NCBI GenBank assembly: GCA_965261395.1
Contig: OZ253462.1
Coordinates: 2,944,001 to 3,008,000 of the forward strand
Direction of reading: 5' to 3'
Origin: Candidatus Latescibacterota bacterium
Lineage (GTDB): Bacteria > Latescibacterota > UBA2968 > UBA8231
DNA length: 64,000 nucleotides
Below are positions 47,565 through 57,772 of this stretch, piece by piece. The position numbers and the translations under genes are program-made. How positions within the stretch are numbered: the first letter of the stretch is position 1; each line of letters starts with the position of its first letter. The notes under the pieces were generated by a model, which saw only the letters and a list, made by a program, of their open reading frames with translations, was not told where the DNA came from and ran no database searches.

Positions 47565-47592
47565 GTAGGGGCGACCGGCCGGTCGCCCCTAC
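47565..47592. repeat. GTAG-type REP-like palindrome
   Basis: Identical to 1343-1370. Confidence 0.85.
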
Positions 47593-47645
47593 ATTTATGC
47601 AAACAACCCTTCCACCTCGTCGCCGACGTCGGGCCTAGAGAAGGG

Positions 47646-48152
47646 TCAACTAGCGGCGACGATATCCCCGTAGGAGCCTGTGACTAGCTGGTCGCTGGTG
47701 ATTTCCAATGCCCGCATCAGGGCCTCGACGCGTCGGTGCGACTCTTCAATGCCCTTTTCTTCGGTCACGGCCTCTAGCTCGACGAACTGGCCGAGGCCCT
47801 TTACGTCGTCGAGATGGATGCGCACGTTTTCCCACAGCCAGACCTGGCGCGTCTTCTCCACCTCGACCCAGATGCCGTGGATGACGCTGAGGATGTTGCG
47901 CAGGCCCTCGGGGTCTTCGGTCTTGGCAATCTCGTAGTCGCTGCGCTTGGGGCCGGCTAGGTCCTCGCGCTGGTAGAAAATCAGATGACCTTCGTCGGTT
48001 CCAAGCTCGCGCAGCTTGAGCCGTCCTTGGGCGACGTTGAAATAGGTATCCTTCTGGTGGAAGGTCCCCGCCAGCCCCGCGCCGAGGGCGTTGAGGTTTT
48101 CTTCGGCGCGCTCGCCGTCGTGACAGTGTGCCTTGATCTCGATATTGGTCAT
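47646..48152 (-). CDS. CYTH domain protein (class IV adenylate cyclase-like)
   Basis: NIEIKA, QKDTYF, RLKLRE, HLDDVKGLGQFVELE. Confidence 0.9.
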   Translation of the reverse strand: MTNIEIKAHCHDGERAEENLNALGAGLAGTFHQKDTYFNVAQGRLKLRELGTDEGHLIFYQREDLAGPKRSDYEIAKTEDPEGLRNILSVIHGIWVEVEKTRQVWLWENVRIHLDDVKGLGQFVELEAVTEEKGIEESHRRVEALMRALEITSDQLVTGSYGDIVAAS

Positions 48153-48249
48153 GTTGGACGCGTTTCGTTAAATGCGGATTGAAAATTTACGCCCGTCCCT
48201 CGATTCGTCAAGCTTGCGCTTCACTTTCCGATACATCAAAGTATAGGCC

Positions 48250-49224
48250 ATGAAAGCTATAACCGTAGCCACCGACGCTGGCCACTCGCTCTGCTGGCAA
48301 GAAGTCCCAGACCCCACCTGCGGTCCGGGCGAGGTCCTCGTCGATGTCCATGCCACAGCCGTCAATCGCGCCGATCTCCTCCAACGCGCTGGCAACTACC
48401 CGCCGCCCCCGGGCGCGTCCCCCTATATGGGCTTGGAAATGGCCGGCATGGTCGCCGCCACTGGCGCGGCCGTAACGCAGTGGCAGCCCGGCGACCGCGT
48501 CCTCGGCCTGCTCTCCGGCGGCGGGTACGCCGAGCGCGTGGCCGTTCCCGCCACCCATTTGCTGCCCCTGCCCGGCGACCGCGACTTCACGTGGGGCGCT
48601 GCCATCTGCGAGGTTTTTCTTACGGCTTTTGTCAACTTGTTCCGCGAAGCTGGCTTGCGCGCCGGCGAGACCGCCCTTATCCACGGCGGGGGTAGCGGCG
48701 TCGGCACGGCCGCTGTGCAGCTATGCCGCCAAGCTGCCGCCAAGGCGATCGTCACGGCTGGTAGAGATGACAAGGTGGCGTGCTGCCTAGCGCTGGGCGC
48801 GGAGTTTGGGGTCAACTACAAGGAGCAAGACTTTGCCGAGGCCATTCTCGCCCACACCGACGGAGTCGATGTGATCCTCGACATCGCGGGGGCCGACTAT
48901 TTGGCGCGCAATATGCGGCTGCTCAAGTCCGGTGGCCGCCTCGTGATCATCGCCGTCCTTACCGGTGCTGAGGCTCAGATCAACCTCTTGGAACTACAGA
49001 GAAAGCGGCTGCGCCTGATCGGCTCGGTTTTGCGCAGCCGCTCGGACGCGGAGAAAACCGCGATCGTCGCGGCCTTCCAAGAGCGCTTCTGGCCGCTGCT
49101 AGTCGACGGGCGCATGCGAGCCGTGATCGAGGACGTGCTGCCCATTGAGCGCGCGGCCGAAGCCCAGGACATCCTGCGGCAAAACCGCAATATCGGCAAG
49201 GTCGTCCTGCAAGTTAGGAACTGA
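48250..49224 (+). CDS. NAD(P)H-quinone oxidoreductase (PIG3 family)
   Basis: VNRADLLQRAGNYPPPPGAS, HGGGSGVG, GSVLRSR, GKVVL. Confidence 0.92.
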   Translation: MKAITVATDAGHSLCWQEVPDPTCGPGEVLVDVHATAVNRADLLQRAGNYPPPPGASPYMGLEMAGMVAATGAAVTQWQPGDRVLGLLSGGGYAERVAVPATHLLPLPGDRDFTWGAAICEVFLTAFVNLFREAGLRAGETALIHGGGSGVGTAAVQLCRQAAAKAIVTAGRDDKVACCLALGAEFGVNYKEQDFAEAILAHTDGVDVILDIAGADYLARNMRLLKSGGRLVIIAVLTGAEAQINLLELQRKRLRLIGSVLRSRSDAEKTAIVAAFQERFWPLLVDGRMRAVIEDVLPIERAAEAQDILRQNRNIGKVVLQVRN

Positions 49225-49365
49225 CATTACGCACGGCACCTAGGTATGAGATGCTTCGACTCCGCTCCGCTCCGCTCAGCATGACAGAGGCTGACGCGCT
49301 TCTTCCTTGTCATGCTGAGCGTAAGCGATGCATCCCATACCTAAGAAGTCGGTGCGTAACATCAC
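49221..49365. mobile_element. 145-bp MITE-like palindromic element
   Basis: Ends TGACATTACGCAC / GTGCGTAACATCA; internal inverted repeats CGCTCAGCATGACA / TGTCATGCTGAGCG; flanking TTAGGAA direct repeats. Confidence 0.7.
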
Positions 49366-49385
49366 TTAGGAATTAGGAGTTTTCT

Positions 49386-50435
49386 ATGAGTACTCGTTAT
49401 CGCCACATTGAAGTCAGCGGCCCACCGCGCGAGTTGGGTCGCCAGATCGGGGAGGCCGCCCGCGACGAAATTCGCGGCTTTGCCGCCATCGCCTTAGAGC
49501 GCGTCAACAAGACGGTGCGCATCTCGCGCGCCCGCGCCATGGACATAAGCCGCCGGAGCATGGATTGCACGGCTGCGTACGCGCCCGACATGCTGGATGA
49601 GTTGCGCGGCATGAGCGAGGGCGCTGGCGTCGCGCTCGACGAACTGATGCTTTTGCAGGTGCGCAATCAGCTTTGCCCGGAGGAGGACGCGGCCTGCACG
49701 GGTTTTGCCATCGCTCCCCAGCGCAGCGCCGAGGGTTGGGCGATTGCAGCGCAGAACTGGGACAACGACCCCGCGTTGGACCCCTTCACCATCGTGCTGA
49801 CGCGCCGCCCGGCCGGCAAGCCCGCGCTGATGAACGTCACCCAAGCGGGCCTGATCGCCTACATCGGCTGCAACGACGCTGGCATGGGCGTCTGCATGAA
49901 CACCCTGCCGGCCCCCAGCCGCCCGGTCGGCGTCCCACACTACTTTGCCGTGCGCGCCATCTACGAACAGACCTCGCTCAGCGACGCGGTTGCCGCGGTG
50001 CGCCGGGCCGATCGCGCCATTCCCGGCAACGTCCTCCTCGCCACCCCGCAGGGGCCGGCCGATCTCGAACTCACCTTGGGCCAGGTCCACGTCTTGCGCG
50101 ACGACGAGTTCGTCGTCCACACCAACCACTGCCTGCACCCGGAGCTGGTGCCGATCAATCGCGACTTTCCCGAGCTGATTGAGTCCGGCCCGCGCCAGCG
50201 CCGCATCGAACAGTTGCTTGGCCCCGAGCAGCTCGTGAGCATGGCGCAGGTGCAAGAGGCCCTGCGCGACCACGACCGGCACCCGCACTCCATTTGCCGC
50301 CACGTCAACGACCACCCGCAGACCGGCTTTTGGGCAAGCGTGTTTTCGGTGGTGATCGAGGCCGATCAAGGCCGCATGCACATCAGCCGCGGCAATCCCT
50401 GCGCGGCTCCGTACGAAACGTATTCGCTCAACTGA
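49386..50435 (+). CDS. C45 family peptidase / acyl-CoA:6-APA acyltransferase-like (Ntn hydrolase)
   Basis: AACTGF, AQNWD, GCNDAG, HTNHC. Confidence 0.85.
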   Translation: MSTRYRHIEVSGPPRELGRQIGEAARDEIRGFAAIALERVNKTVRISRARAMDISRRSMDCTAAYAPDMLDELRGMSEGAGVALDELMLLQVRNQLCPEEDAACTGFAIAPQRSAEGWAIAAQNWDNDPALDPFTIVLTRRPAGKPALMNVTQAGLIAYIGCNDAGMGVCMNTLPAPSRPVGVPHYFAVRAIYEQTSLSDAVAAVRRADRAIPGNVLLATPQGPADLELTLGQVHVLRDDEFVVHTNHCLHPELVPINRDFPELIESGPRQRRIEQLLGPEQLVSMAQVQEALRDHDRHPHSICRHVNDHPQTGFWASVFSVVIEADQGRMHISRGNPCAAPYETYSLN

Positions 50436-50447
50436 CAGGAGGGAGCT

Positions 50448-51893
50448 ATGGGTACTCTGCACGGCACGATTATCGACGCAGTCACCGGCGAATCGCTCGA
50501 CGCCAAAGTCCACGTACTCAACGCCACAGGCACCTTTTCCCAGCCGCCGAACACCATGCTGAAGCGCGGCCCGGGCACGCCGTTTTTCTTTTGCGATGGC
50601 GCGTTTGTCGCTGAGGGCAGCCGGGGTCGCACGGATGTGCTGGTCGAGCGCGGCACCGAGTACGAACCCTATCGCACGACCGTCGAATTGCCCGCCAAGG
50701 GCCGCGTCGATTTGGAGATTCCGCTGCGCCGTTGGTACCGCCCCCAAGAGGATGCTTGGTATCCGGGCAACACGCACATCCACTACGACGAAAAGGAGAC
50801 CCGGCCCGACGAGCGGCTCGGGATCGATTGCAGCGTCGAGGGATACAACGTCACCTGCGTCAGCGTGCTCGACCGCCGCCAACTGCCCTACGCATCCAAC
50901 AAGTATCCCCTCGGCGTGATGAACGAGTTTACGACCGCCCATCACGTCCTCGATATCGGCGAGGAAAACCGCCACTACGGAGATAACTCGCCGTGGGGCT
51001 TTGGCTACGGCCACGTGATGTTGCTCAACATCCGCAACCTCGTGCAGCCCGTCAGCCGCGGCCACACTCTCGCCGGGCAATTCGACCCGGACTACCCGCC
51101 GTTGTGCTTTTGCTGCGACGACGCCCGCGAGCAGGGCGGCTTGGTCATCTGGTGCCACAACGGCCGCGGCATGGAGGCTCCGGTGGCCGCAGCGCTCGGC
51201 AAGCTCGACGCCTTCAACCTGTTCGACCCCTTTTGGATGGATCCAGAATACGACCTCTGGTACAAGCTGCTCAACTGCGGTCTGCGGCTGCCAGCCTCGA
51301 CCGGCACGGACTGGTTTGTGTGCTCCAACAACCGCGTGTACGTCCAAGTAGATGGGGAATTTTCGTATGCGAACTGGATCGAAGGCATGAAACAGGGGCG
51401 GACCTTCATAACCAACGGCCCGGCCCTCCAGCTCACACTCAACGAGCGTCCGATGGGCGAGACCGTGGAATGCGAAAGCGGCGCGGAGTTAGAGGCCGAA
51501 GTGAACTTTAGCTCGTTTTATCCCATTGAACGCGCCGAGTTGGTGGTCAACGGCTCGGTAGTCCAGCGCTGGGAATGGCTAGGTGGTCGGCGCGAGGGCA
51601 CATTGCGCCACGGCTTCAGGGCCGAGCGCGACGGCTGGGTTGCCGCCCGCCTGTGGGGCGACTCGCGCGACAGCTTCGGCCAGTCCATGTACGCGCATTC
51701 GAGCCCGAGCTATTTCCGCGGCGGCGCGCCGTCGGCTGAGCGCGACGCGGCCGCGAGCTTCTTCCTCCGCTCGATCGACGAATCGCTCAAGTGGATCGGC
51801 ACCTATGGTCGCTACAACAACAACCAGCAGCGCGAGGACGTGCGGGAATTGTTCAGGAGGGGGCGCGAGGTGTACGCGGGGTTAGCTGGCTAA
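50448..51893 (+). CDS. CehA/McbA-like PHP metallohydrolase
   Basis: VERGTEY, GNTHIH, WYKLLNCG, TGTD, GRTFITNGP, AHSSP. Confidence 0.8.
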   Translation: MGTLHGTIIDAVTGESLDAKVHVLNATGTFSQPPNTMLKRGPGTPFFFCDGAFVAEGSRGRTDVLVERGTEYEPYRTTVELPAKGRVDLEIPLRRWYRPQEDAWYPGNTHIHYDEKETRPDERLGIDCSVEGYNVTCVSVLDRRQLPYASNKYPLGVMNEFTTAHHVLDIGEENRHYGDNSPWGFGYGHVMLLNIRNLVQPVSRGHTLAGQFDPDYPPLCFCCDDAREQGGLVIWCHNGRGMEAPVAAALGKLDAFNLFDPFWMDPEYDLWYKLLNCGLRLPASTGTDWFVCSNNRVYVQVDGEFSYANWIEGMKQGRTFITNGPALQLTLNERPMGETVECESGAELEAEVNFSSFYPIERAELVVNGSVVQRWEWLGGRREGTLRHGFRAERDGWVAARLWGDSRDSFGQSMYAHSSPSYFRGGAPSAERDAAASFFLRSIDESLKWIGTYGRYNNNQQREDVRELFRRGREVYAGLAG

Positions 51894-52650
51894 GCGGCCA
51901 CCAAGCGCGGGTGATTTCGCCGAACTCGCGCGGTGTGACCGTGTACACGGGTTTGTTCTTGATCTTCTTGCTCAGGTTGGCGGCTGCGGGGACGATCTGC
52001 TGGACGCGCTCTTGGCGGCGGGCAAAGAGGCTTTCCAAGACCTGCCTAAAGAAATCTTCGGACGGCACGGCGAACTTGGGCTTGGTGCGCTTGATGAGTA
52101 CCAGCGCGCTCTCGACCTCGGGGCGGGGAGAAAAGGCGTCTTTGCCTACCTGCTCGATCCACTCTACTTGGGCCAGCCGCCCCACGGCGACTCCTAGCCG
52201 ACCATAGCCCTTTTGGCCGACGGTGGCGCACAGCCGCTGGGCCAGCCGCTTGGGCAACATGAGCACGGCCCGCTCGAAGCGCTGGTTTAACAGCTTGAAT
52301 ACAATCGGCAGGGCCACTTGATACGGCAGGTTGGCCACCGCCTTGTCAAAGGGCGGAAAATCCACGGCCAACGCATCGCCCCATAATACCTTGAGATGCC
52401 CGTGCCGCCGCTGTAAGTCCTTGAGACACGGGGCGAACTGGCTATCTTGCTCCACTGCCACGACCTGCCCGGCTCGCTCTAGCAGCAACTGCGTCAGATT
52501 GCCGATTCCAGCCCCGATCTCCAGCACCGTATCCCCGGCCGCAATGTCGGCGCAAGCCACTTCCCGGCGCAGGATTGCGGTGTTGGTGAGGAAGTTCTGG
52601 CCGAGACTTTTCTTGGGGCGGATGGGGTAGTTACGCCAAAACTCACTCAA
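51853..52650 (-). CDS. rsmA: 16S rRNA dimethyladenosine transferase
   Basis: KKSLGQNFL, LEIGAGIG, ANLPYQ, FSPRPEVES. Confidence 0.88.
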   Translation of the reverse strand: MSEFWRNYPIRPKKSLGQNFLTNTAILRREVACADIAAGDTVLEIGAGIGNLTQLLLERAGQVVAVEQDSQFAPCLKDLQRRHGHLKVLWGDALAVDFPPFDKAVANLPYQVALPIVFKLLNQRFERAVLMLPKRLAQRLCATVGQKGYGRLGVAVGRLAQVEWIEQVGKDAFSPRPEVESALVLIKRTKPKFAVPSEDFFRQVLESLFARRQERVQQIVPAAANLSKKIKNKPVYTVTPREFGEITRAWWPLSQLTPRTPRAPS

Positions 52651-52663
52651 ATCACAGTCCAGA

Positions 52664-53599
52664 CTAATGCGCTAAAAATCGCTCGGCCTCGATCGCCGCC
52701 ATACACCCAGTGCCGGCTGCGGTGACGGCTTGTCGGTACACGGAGTCCTGCACGTCGCCGCAGGCAAAAACTCCGGGGATGGCGGTCGCGGTCGAATCCG
52801 GGTTGGTGAGGATGTAGCCTTGCTCGTTCATGGCCAATGCGCCCGCGAAAAGCTGGGAGTTGGGCACGTGGCCGATGGCCATAAAGACCCCCTCGCAGGG
52901 AAATTCGCGCGTCTGACCCGTTTGGGTGTCGCGCAGCAGCACCCCGCGCACGGCTAGCTCGCCCTCGGTCTGCAAAATTTCGTCGATTGTGGCGTTGATC
53001 ACGAAGTCGATCTTGTCGTTGTCCTGCGCGCGCTTGAGCATGATTTTGGAGGCGCGAAACTCGTCGCGGCGGTGGACGATGGTGACCTTGGAGGCGAATT
53101 TCGTCAGGTAGGTCCCTTCCTCCATGGCGGAGTCGCCGCCGCCGCCGACGACTAGCTCCTTGTCGCGGAAGAAAAAGCCGTCGCAGGTGGCACAAGCCGA
53201 GACCCCATGTCCCATGAGCCGCGTCTCGGACTCTAGGCCGAGCAGGCGCGCCGACGCGCCGGTGGCGATGATCAGCGCGTCGCAAGTGTAGGAGGCGTCG
53301 TCGCTTTTGACGGCAAAGGGCCGCTTGGATAGATCGACTTCGGTCGCAATTTTGAATTGGCACTCGGCCCCAAAGCGCTGTGACTGCTGGCGCATCAGAT
53401 CGACGAGTTCTGGCCCCATGATGCCGTCGGGGAAGCCTGGGTAATTCTCTACGTCTGTGGTAATGGTTAGCTGGCCGCCCGGCTGCAAGCCCTCTAGGAC
53501 GAGCGGGGCGAGGTCGGCTCTGGCCGCGTACAGGGCGGCGGTCAGCCCGGCCGGCCCCGAGCCGATGATGACGACCTTGTAGTGATGATTCTCGCTCAT
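52664..53599 (-). CDS. trxB: thioredoxin-disulfide reductase
   Basis: [39 protein letters not shown]. Confidence 0.97.
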   Translation of the reverse strand: MSENHHYKVVIIGSGPAGLTAALYAARADLAPLVLEGLQPGGQLTITTDVENYPGFPDGIMGPELVDLMRQQSQRFGAECQFKIATEVDLSKRPFAVKSDDASYTCDALIIATGASARLLGLESETRLMGHGVSACATCDGFFFRDKELVVGGGGDSAMEEGTYLTKFASKVTIVHRRDEFRASKIMLKRAQDNDKIDFVINATIDEILQTEGELAVRGVLLRDTQTGQTREFPCEGVFMAIGHVPNSQLFAGALAMNEQGYILTNPDSTATAIPGVFACGDVQDSVYRQAVTAAGTGCMAAIEAERFLAH

Positions 53600-53611
53600 T
53601 GTTCTCCTTTT

Positions 53612-54568
53612 TCAGACGATGCGGCTCAAAAGTTCTCGGCTCTCCAACCCGGCCAGCAGATTGCCGACCGACCGCTCGGCCATGGCTTGGCGCGTCTGGT
53701 GCGTTGCGCTGCCTAGGTGGGGTATGATGACGACGTTGTCCAGCGCTAGGAGGGGATGGTCGCGGGGCAGGGGTTCGGGTTCGGTTACGTCGAGGGCGGC
53801 TGCGTGGAGGCCGTTGCTTTGCAGGGTTTCTAACAGCGCGTCGTGATCAACGACGCCTCCGCGCGCGGCGTTGACCAGTACGGCCGACTTCTTCATCAGA
53901 CCCAACTCGCGTCGGCCGATCATGCCCCGCGTCTGAGCGGTCAGTGGCATGTTCAAGGTCACGAAATCCGCCTGCTGGAGCAGTTCGTCCAGCCCGACGT
54001 AGCGCGCTCCGAGGTCGGCTTCGGCCTTGGGGTTGCGATGGCGATTGTGGTACAAGATGGTCATGTCGAAGGCCAGCCCGCGGCGCGCTACTTGGTAGCC
54101 GATGCTGCCCAGCCCGATGATGCCGAGGACTTGGTGGTGGACCTCCTGCCCCAGCATGAAGCTCGGATCGTAGGCCACAAAATCCGGGCCGCGGGCAAAG
54201 TGTTCGCCTTGGATGAGGTTGCGCGCTGCGGCCAAGAGCAGGGCGAAGGTTATATCGGCCGTCGCGCCGTCGAGGACGTTGGGGGTGTTGCCTACGGGGA
54301 TGCCGCGCTCTTGAGCAGCTTGGAGGTCGATGTGATCGACGCCCACGCCGTAGTTGCTGATGACGCGGAGGTCGGGCATGAGATCCATGTATGCGGCGGT
54401 GAAGGCGTAGTGGCCGTAGTTGTACACGCCTTCGATGGTGCGGAGGCGTTCGGTCGGGGGCTGCGGGTGCAGCGGATTCCAGCGCACGATCTCGGCGTGT
54501 TCCTCGATCATGGGAATGATGGTGTGATACGGTTCGATTTCCGAGCGGATTAGGACTTTGTAGGGCAT
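53612..54568 (-). CDS. D-2-hydroxyacid dehydrogenase (glyoxylate reductase-like)
   Basis: GVGVDHID, GIIGLGSIG, NAARG, LDVTEPEP, PHLGSAT. Confidence 0.92.
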   Translation of the reverse strand: MPYKVLIRSEIEPYHTIIPMIEEHAEIVRWNPLHPQPPTERLRTIEGVYNYGHYAFTAAYMDLMPDLRVISNYGVGVDHIDLQAAQERGIPVGNTPNVLDGATADITFALLLAAARNLIQGEHFARGPDFVAYDPSFMLGQEVHHQVLGIIGLGSIGYQVARRGLAFDMTILYHNRHRNPKAEADLGARYVGLDELLQQADFVTLNMPLTAQTRGMIGRRELGLMKKSAVLVNAARGGVVDHDALLETLQSNGLHAAALDVTEPEPLPRDHPLLALDNVVIIPHLGSATHQTRQAMAERSVGNLLAGLESRELLSRIV

Positions 54569-54678
54569 CGGGCAATTGGGGATTAGGGATTGGGTTCCAA
54601 AGGGAGGGAATATAAAGAAGGCGTCCGTTTCAGCAAGAGACCTTGACGCCTAGGATGGTGTGCGCGACCTTGAGCTTC

Positions 54679-55428
54679 ATGCTGATTGCACACCCCAAAG
54701 GACACTATCGCTTTCTCCAGGGCATTGACCCCTATTCCTGTGGCGTCGTCGCCGAGCCGGGCTGGGAGATTGTCCGCGTCGTGCTCGCCGAGCCGCTGCC
54801 GTGGCGAGAGGGTTTTGAGCGCGTGGATGCGTATCTGGCGGCGGAAGGGTGTGACCGCGTCGCGCTCTGTGCGATGGAATTGCGCTCGCCCGCGCCCTTT
54901 ACCATGCAGGGATTCATCGACTTCAACCGCGAGTACTGCGCCGTCCTGCGGGCGTGGGGTTTGTACGTGGACGAGCTCAATCCGGTGGCCCGCACGAACG
55001 TTGCGCCGGCGTGCGACCCGCCGTCTGTGCCTTCGCTGTATGCCTTTTCCTACGCGGTTCCCAATGACCGGATCGACCGCAAAACCCTGATCGTGGCTGG
55101 GGCCGGCGAGTTGCGGGGTGGTCGCCTCGTGGCCGAGGGGATTATTCGCTCCGGTGACACGTCGCCCGCTGCCATGCGTGAGAAGGCCGCTTATGTGGCG
55201 CAGGTTATGGGCGAGCGGCTCGCGGGCCTCGGCGGGACTTGGGATCTGATCGACGCGGTTGACGTGTACACCATCTATCCCTTAGCGGAAATCTTCGAAG
55301 AAATTCTCCTGCCGACGATGGGTGCGGCGCGGCGCGGCGGCGTCTGTTGGCACTACGCTCGGCCGCCGGTTGTGGACATCGACTTTGAGATGGATCTGCA
55401 CGGCGTGGTGACGCAGCGGATCGTCTAA
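54679..55428 (+). CDS. CnbZ-like (2-amino-5-chloromuconate deaminase-like) protein
   Basis: PYSCGV, ELRSPAPFT...F..FN, NPVARTNVAP, RPPVVDIDFEMD. Confidence 0.7.
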   Translation: MLIAHPKGHYRFLQGIDPYSCGVVAEPGWEIVRVVLAEPLPWREGFERVDAYLAAEGCDRVALCAMELRSPAPFTMQGFIDFNREYCAVLRAWGLYVDELNPVARTNVAPACDPPSVPSLYAFSYAVPNDRIDRKTLIVAGAGELRGGRLVAEGIIRSGDTSPAAMREKAAYVAQVMGERLAGLGGTWDLIDAVDVYTIYPLAEIFEEILLPTMGAARRGGVCWHYARPPVVDIDFEMDLHGVVTQRIV

Positions 55429-55730
55429 GGCCGCCAGCGCCAGCCCCGCATCCTAAAAAATCCGATTTTTTTCTGCAACGAACATTCCCTGTCCGCTTAG
55501 AGCTTATCTTTATAACTGCTCCCAAAGGAGATGACGGTATGAAAGCTGCAAACGTATGGCTCATCGGACTCTTTTTCGTCGTCTCCGCGTCGGCGGAGCC
55601 GCTGTTTGGGTAGTGGTCTATTTTGAAATTCAGGCCGCAGACCGTTTGCGATAGGTCTTGGGGCGGCGCGGCTTGGGTTCGAGCGCGGCGACGTGATCTA
55701 CTATCCAGCCTATATCGTAGAGGTGATCGG

Positions 55731-56320
55731 TTATCCCTGTTCAACCGATTGCGGGAGAAAATAAAGGAGACGAAAATCGAAATCGCCGAGCTGAAAGCAA
55801 AGGTTCAGCAAATGGAAAAGGTCGAGGCGTATCTGGTGGAGAAGCACTCAGACCCCACGCTTGAGTTCCTTGTGGACTTCTGGGCTAAGAAGCCGTCTGA
55901 AAATTCCGGTTGCCGTCCCTTGCGTGCAGAAAAAGGCCTAGGCTCCAGCGTGTCTCGCCCTATGAAAAACGCTTGACGCACAGATCGCTTGGACGACCCT
56001 TGAGGTGGTCCGCAGGGGGTTTTCAGACAGCTTCTAATGAATTTACTGTGGTTATTGAAGGGGCACAGCAAGTGCCGCGCGTGGGACCGACCGAAGCGGT
56101 TCGTCAACTATTCGCCGAGGCTGATACACCTATGACCGCGGCCCAGGTGCGAGACATTCTAGAGGATATGCGTCAGCAGGGGCAGATTGAGACACAAGTA
56201 AAGCTGTTCGATTCCGATAAGACGAATAAAATCTTGCGAAACTTGGCCAAGCAAAAATTCCTTTTGAAACAGGTCAAAGAAGAAGGAAATCGCCGTATTA
56301 GCCTCTACGTCAAACGTTAA
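55731..56320 (+). pseudogene. coiled-coil plus wHTH-like protein disrupted by a MITE (start uncertain)
   Basis: Removing 55889-56037 joins ...LVDFWA to NEFTVVIEG... in frame. Confidence 0.7.
55889..56034. mobile_element. 146-bp MITE (IS5-like ends)
   Basis: TIRs GAAGCCGTCTGAAAA / TTTTCAGACAGCTTC (14/15), TAA target duplication, no transposase. Confidence 0.85.
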
Positions 56321-56377
56321 GAAGGGTGATTTTGAAATTGACCCTTCGGCCTGGCCTGCGTATCAGCAGGGCGTCCA

Positions 56378-56940
56378 TGTTGGGGCAACCACTACCCAGA
56401 AACGGAAGGATTTTCGTGGAGGCAGAAGGCTACTCGTCGCGCGAACAGATCATGGCGCACATCTTTGAAACCGCTGAACGCGAGGCCTGGTCGGACGGAA
56501 AACTTACGCTCCGGCTTGAGGAGCTCAGAATCACGGCCAGCTCTCTCAAGCAGATAATGAGGGTGTATCGGGAACACAAGAAGGTTTACGGGAAAATAAC
56601 GGAGGCCCAGTGGCGTGAAGTGCTAAACGCTTGGCGTGACGAAAAAGAAACGATGACGGGCCCGTATAACGCATTGCGTTGCTACGAGGTTGCCAAGGAA
56701 GTTGAAGGAGAGCTACGACACTACGAGGGCATATCTGTACGGTGGAAAACGGGTGGTTATGATCATACCGTCAAGTCCGAGGAAGAATACCTGGAACTGG
56801 AGATAGGGTGCGGTGCGGACCTTGTCGCTATTATCGAAGAGATTTACGAGAGGGGTTGGTACGGACTCTCCGGCAGAGCGCAAAACTTTCTAGAAAAGCT
56901 GTGCAGGAGGGAGAAATATCGCCGCAGCCTATTCGATTGA
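56378..56940 (+). CDS. hypothetical protein (start uncertain)
   Basis: Long ORF with protein-like composition, followed by a terminator. Confidence 0.55.
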
Positions 56941-56965
56941 GCTTGCGGACCTTTGGCCTGGTAGA

Positions 56966-57002
56966 GGGGCGATCCAGTCAGGTGGATCGCCCCCGTTTTT
57001 TT
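56966..57002 (+). terminator. intrinsic terminator
   Basis: GGGGCGATCCA-loop-TGGATCGCCCC followed by a T7 tract. Confidence 0.75.
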
Positions 57003-57214
57003 GGGGGAGACTTGCACGGCTTGCTTGGAGGCGGCAAGATTGAGCGCTGTTCCAGTCGGTCAATCGCCTCGTGGACCACCGTGTGAGCTAGTTGATTTGG
57101 GTCGCGTGGTCGTTTGGGCTTGCTCTTGGACATGCTATAAATATGGGGAGTGGCCCAACGCCAAGCAAGCAGATTTCAAAACTGGGTCAATCATCTCAAA
57201 CCGGGGGTAATGCA

Positions 57215-57772
57215 ATGAAGATCGCCAGTTACGTCCTGTTGGGCCTTTTATCTTGCGTTGAGGTCTTGGCCGGAGAGACCGCCTTTGACAAAGCCGTAGA
57301 GGCATATCGGATCTACAAGAAAGCCCGGCACGCCTATTTTGAAGCCATTGACGTCCACGAGGAAATAAGACTGGCCTGGGATGCTGCTTGGGCCGCAGAT
57401 CGCGCTGATAAAGAAGCCCACAAGAAAGCCTGGGCGGCCTTTAATAAAGCCAGAGACGCAAATAAAGAAGTTAAAGGTGCCTATGCGATTTATCGTATAA
57501 GGGCAAAAGCCTATAACGAAGCCCAGCACGCGATTGAAGAAGTCCGGCTAGCCTTTGCCGCTTTGGAGGAAGCCCAGCGTGCCCTCGATGAAGCCAACCA
57601 TGTCATCGATGAAGCCCATCGTGCTGGCCGACCAGCCAGCACCAAAGCCTTTCGTGTTGCCGATGAAGCCCTCGCCGCCTTTGATGAAGCCAACGACACC
57701 TACTTGACTGTCCTTGAAGTCTTTGATGAAGCCATCAAAAAAGCCTACGAGAGGGGCGAAAAAAACCATTGA
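57215..57772 (+). CDS. secreted Ala-rich alpha-helical protein
   Basis: Signal peptide MKIASYVLLGLLSCVEVLA; repetitive helical AFDEA/AYNEA pattern. Confidence 0.65.
   Translation: MKIASYVLLGLLSCVEVLAGETAFDKAVEAYRIYKKARHAYFEAIDVHEEIRLAWDAAWAADRADKEAHKKAWAAFNKARDANKEVKGAYAIYRIRAKAYNEAQHAIEEVRLAFAALEEAQRALDEANHVIDEAHRAGRPASTKAFRVADEALAAFDEANDTYLTVLEVFDEAIKKAYERGEKNH

Noticed and set aside
49494-51347. 617-aa minus-strand ORF and similar long antisense ORFs
   Set aside because: Shadow ORFs of high-GC genes that have clear motif-bearing products on the opposite strand
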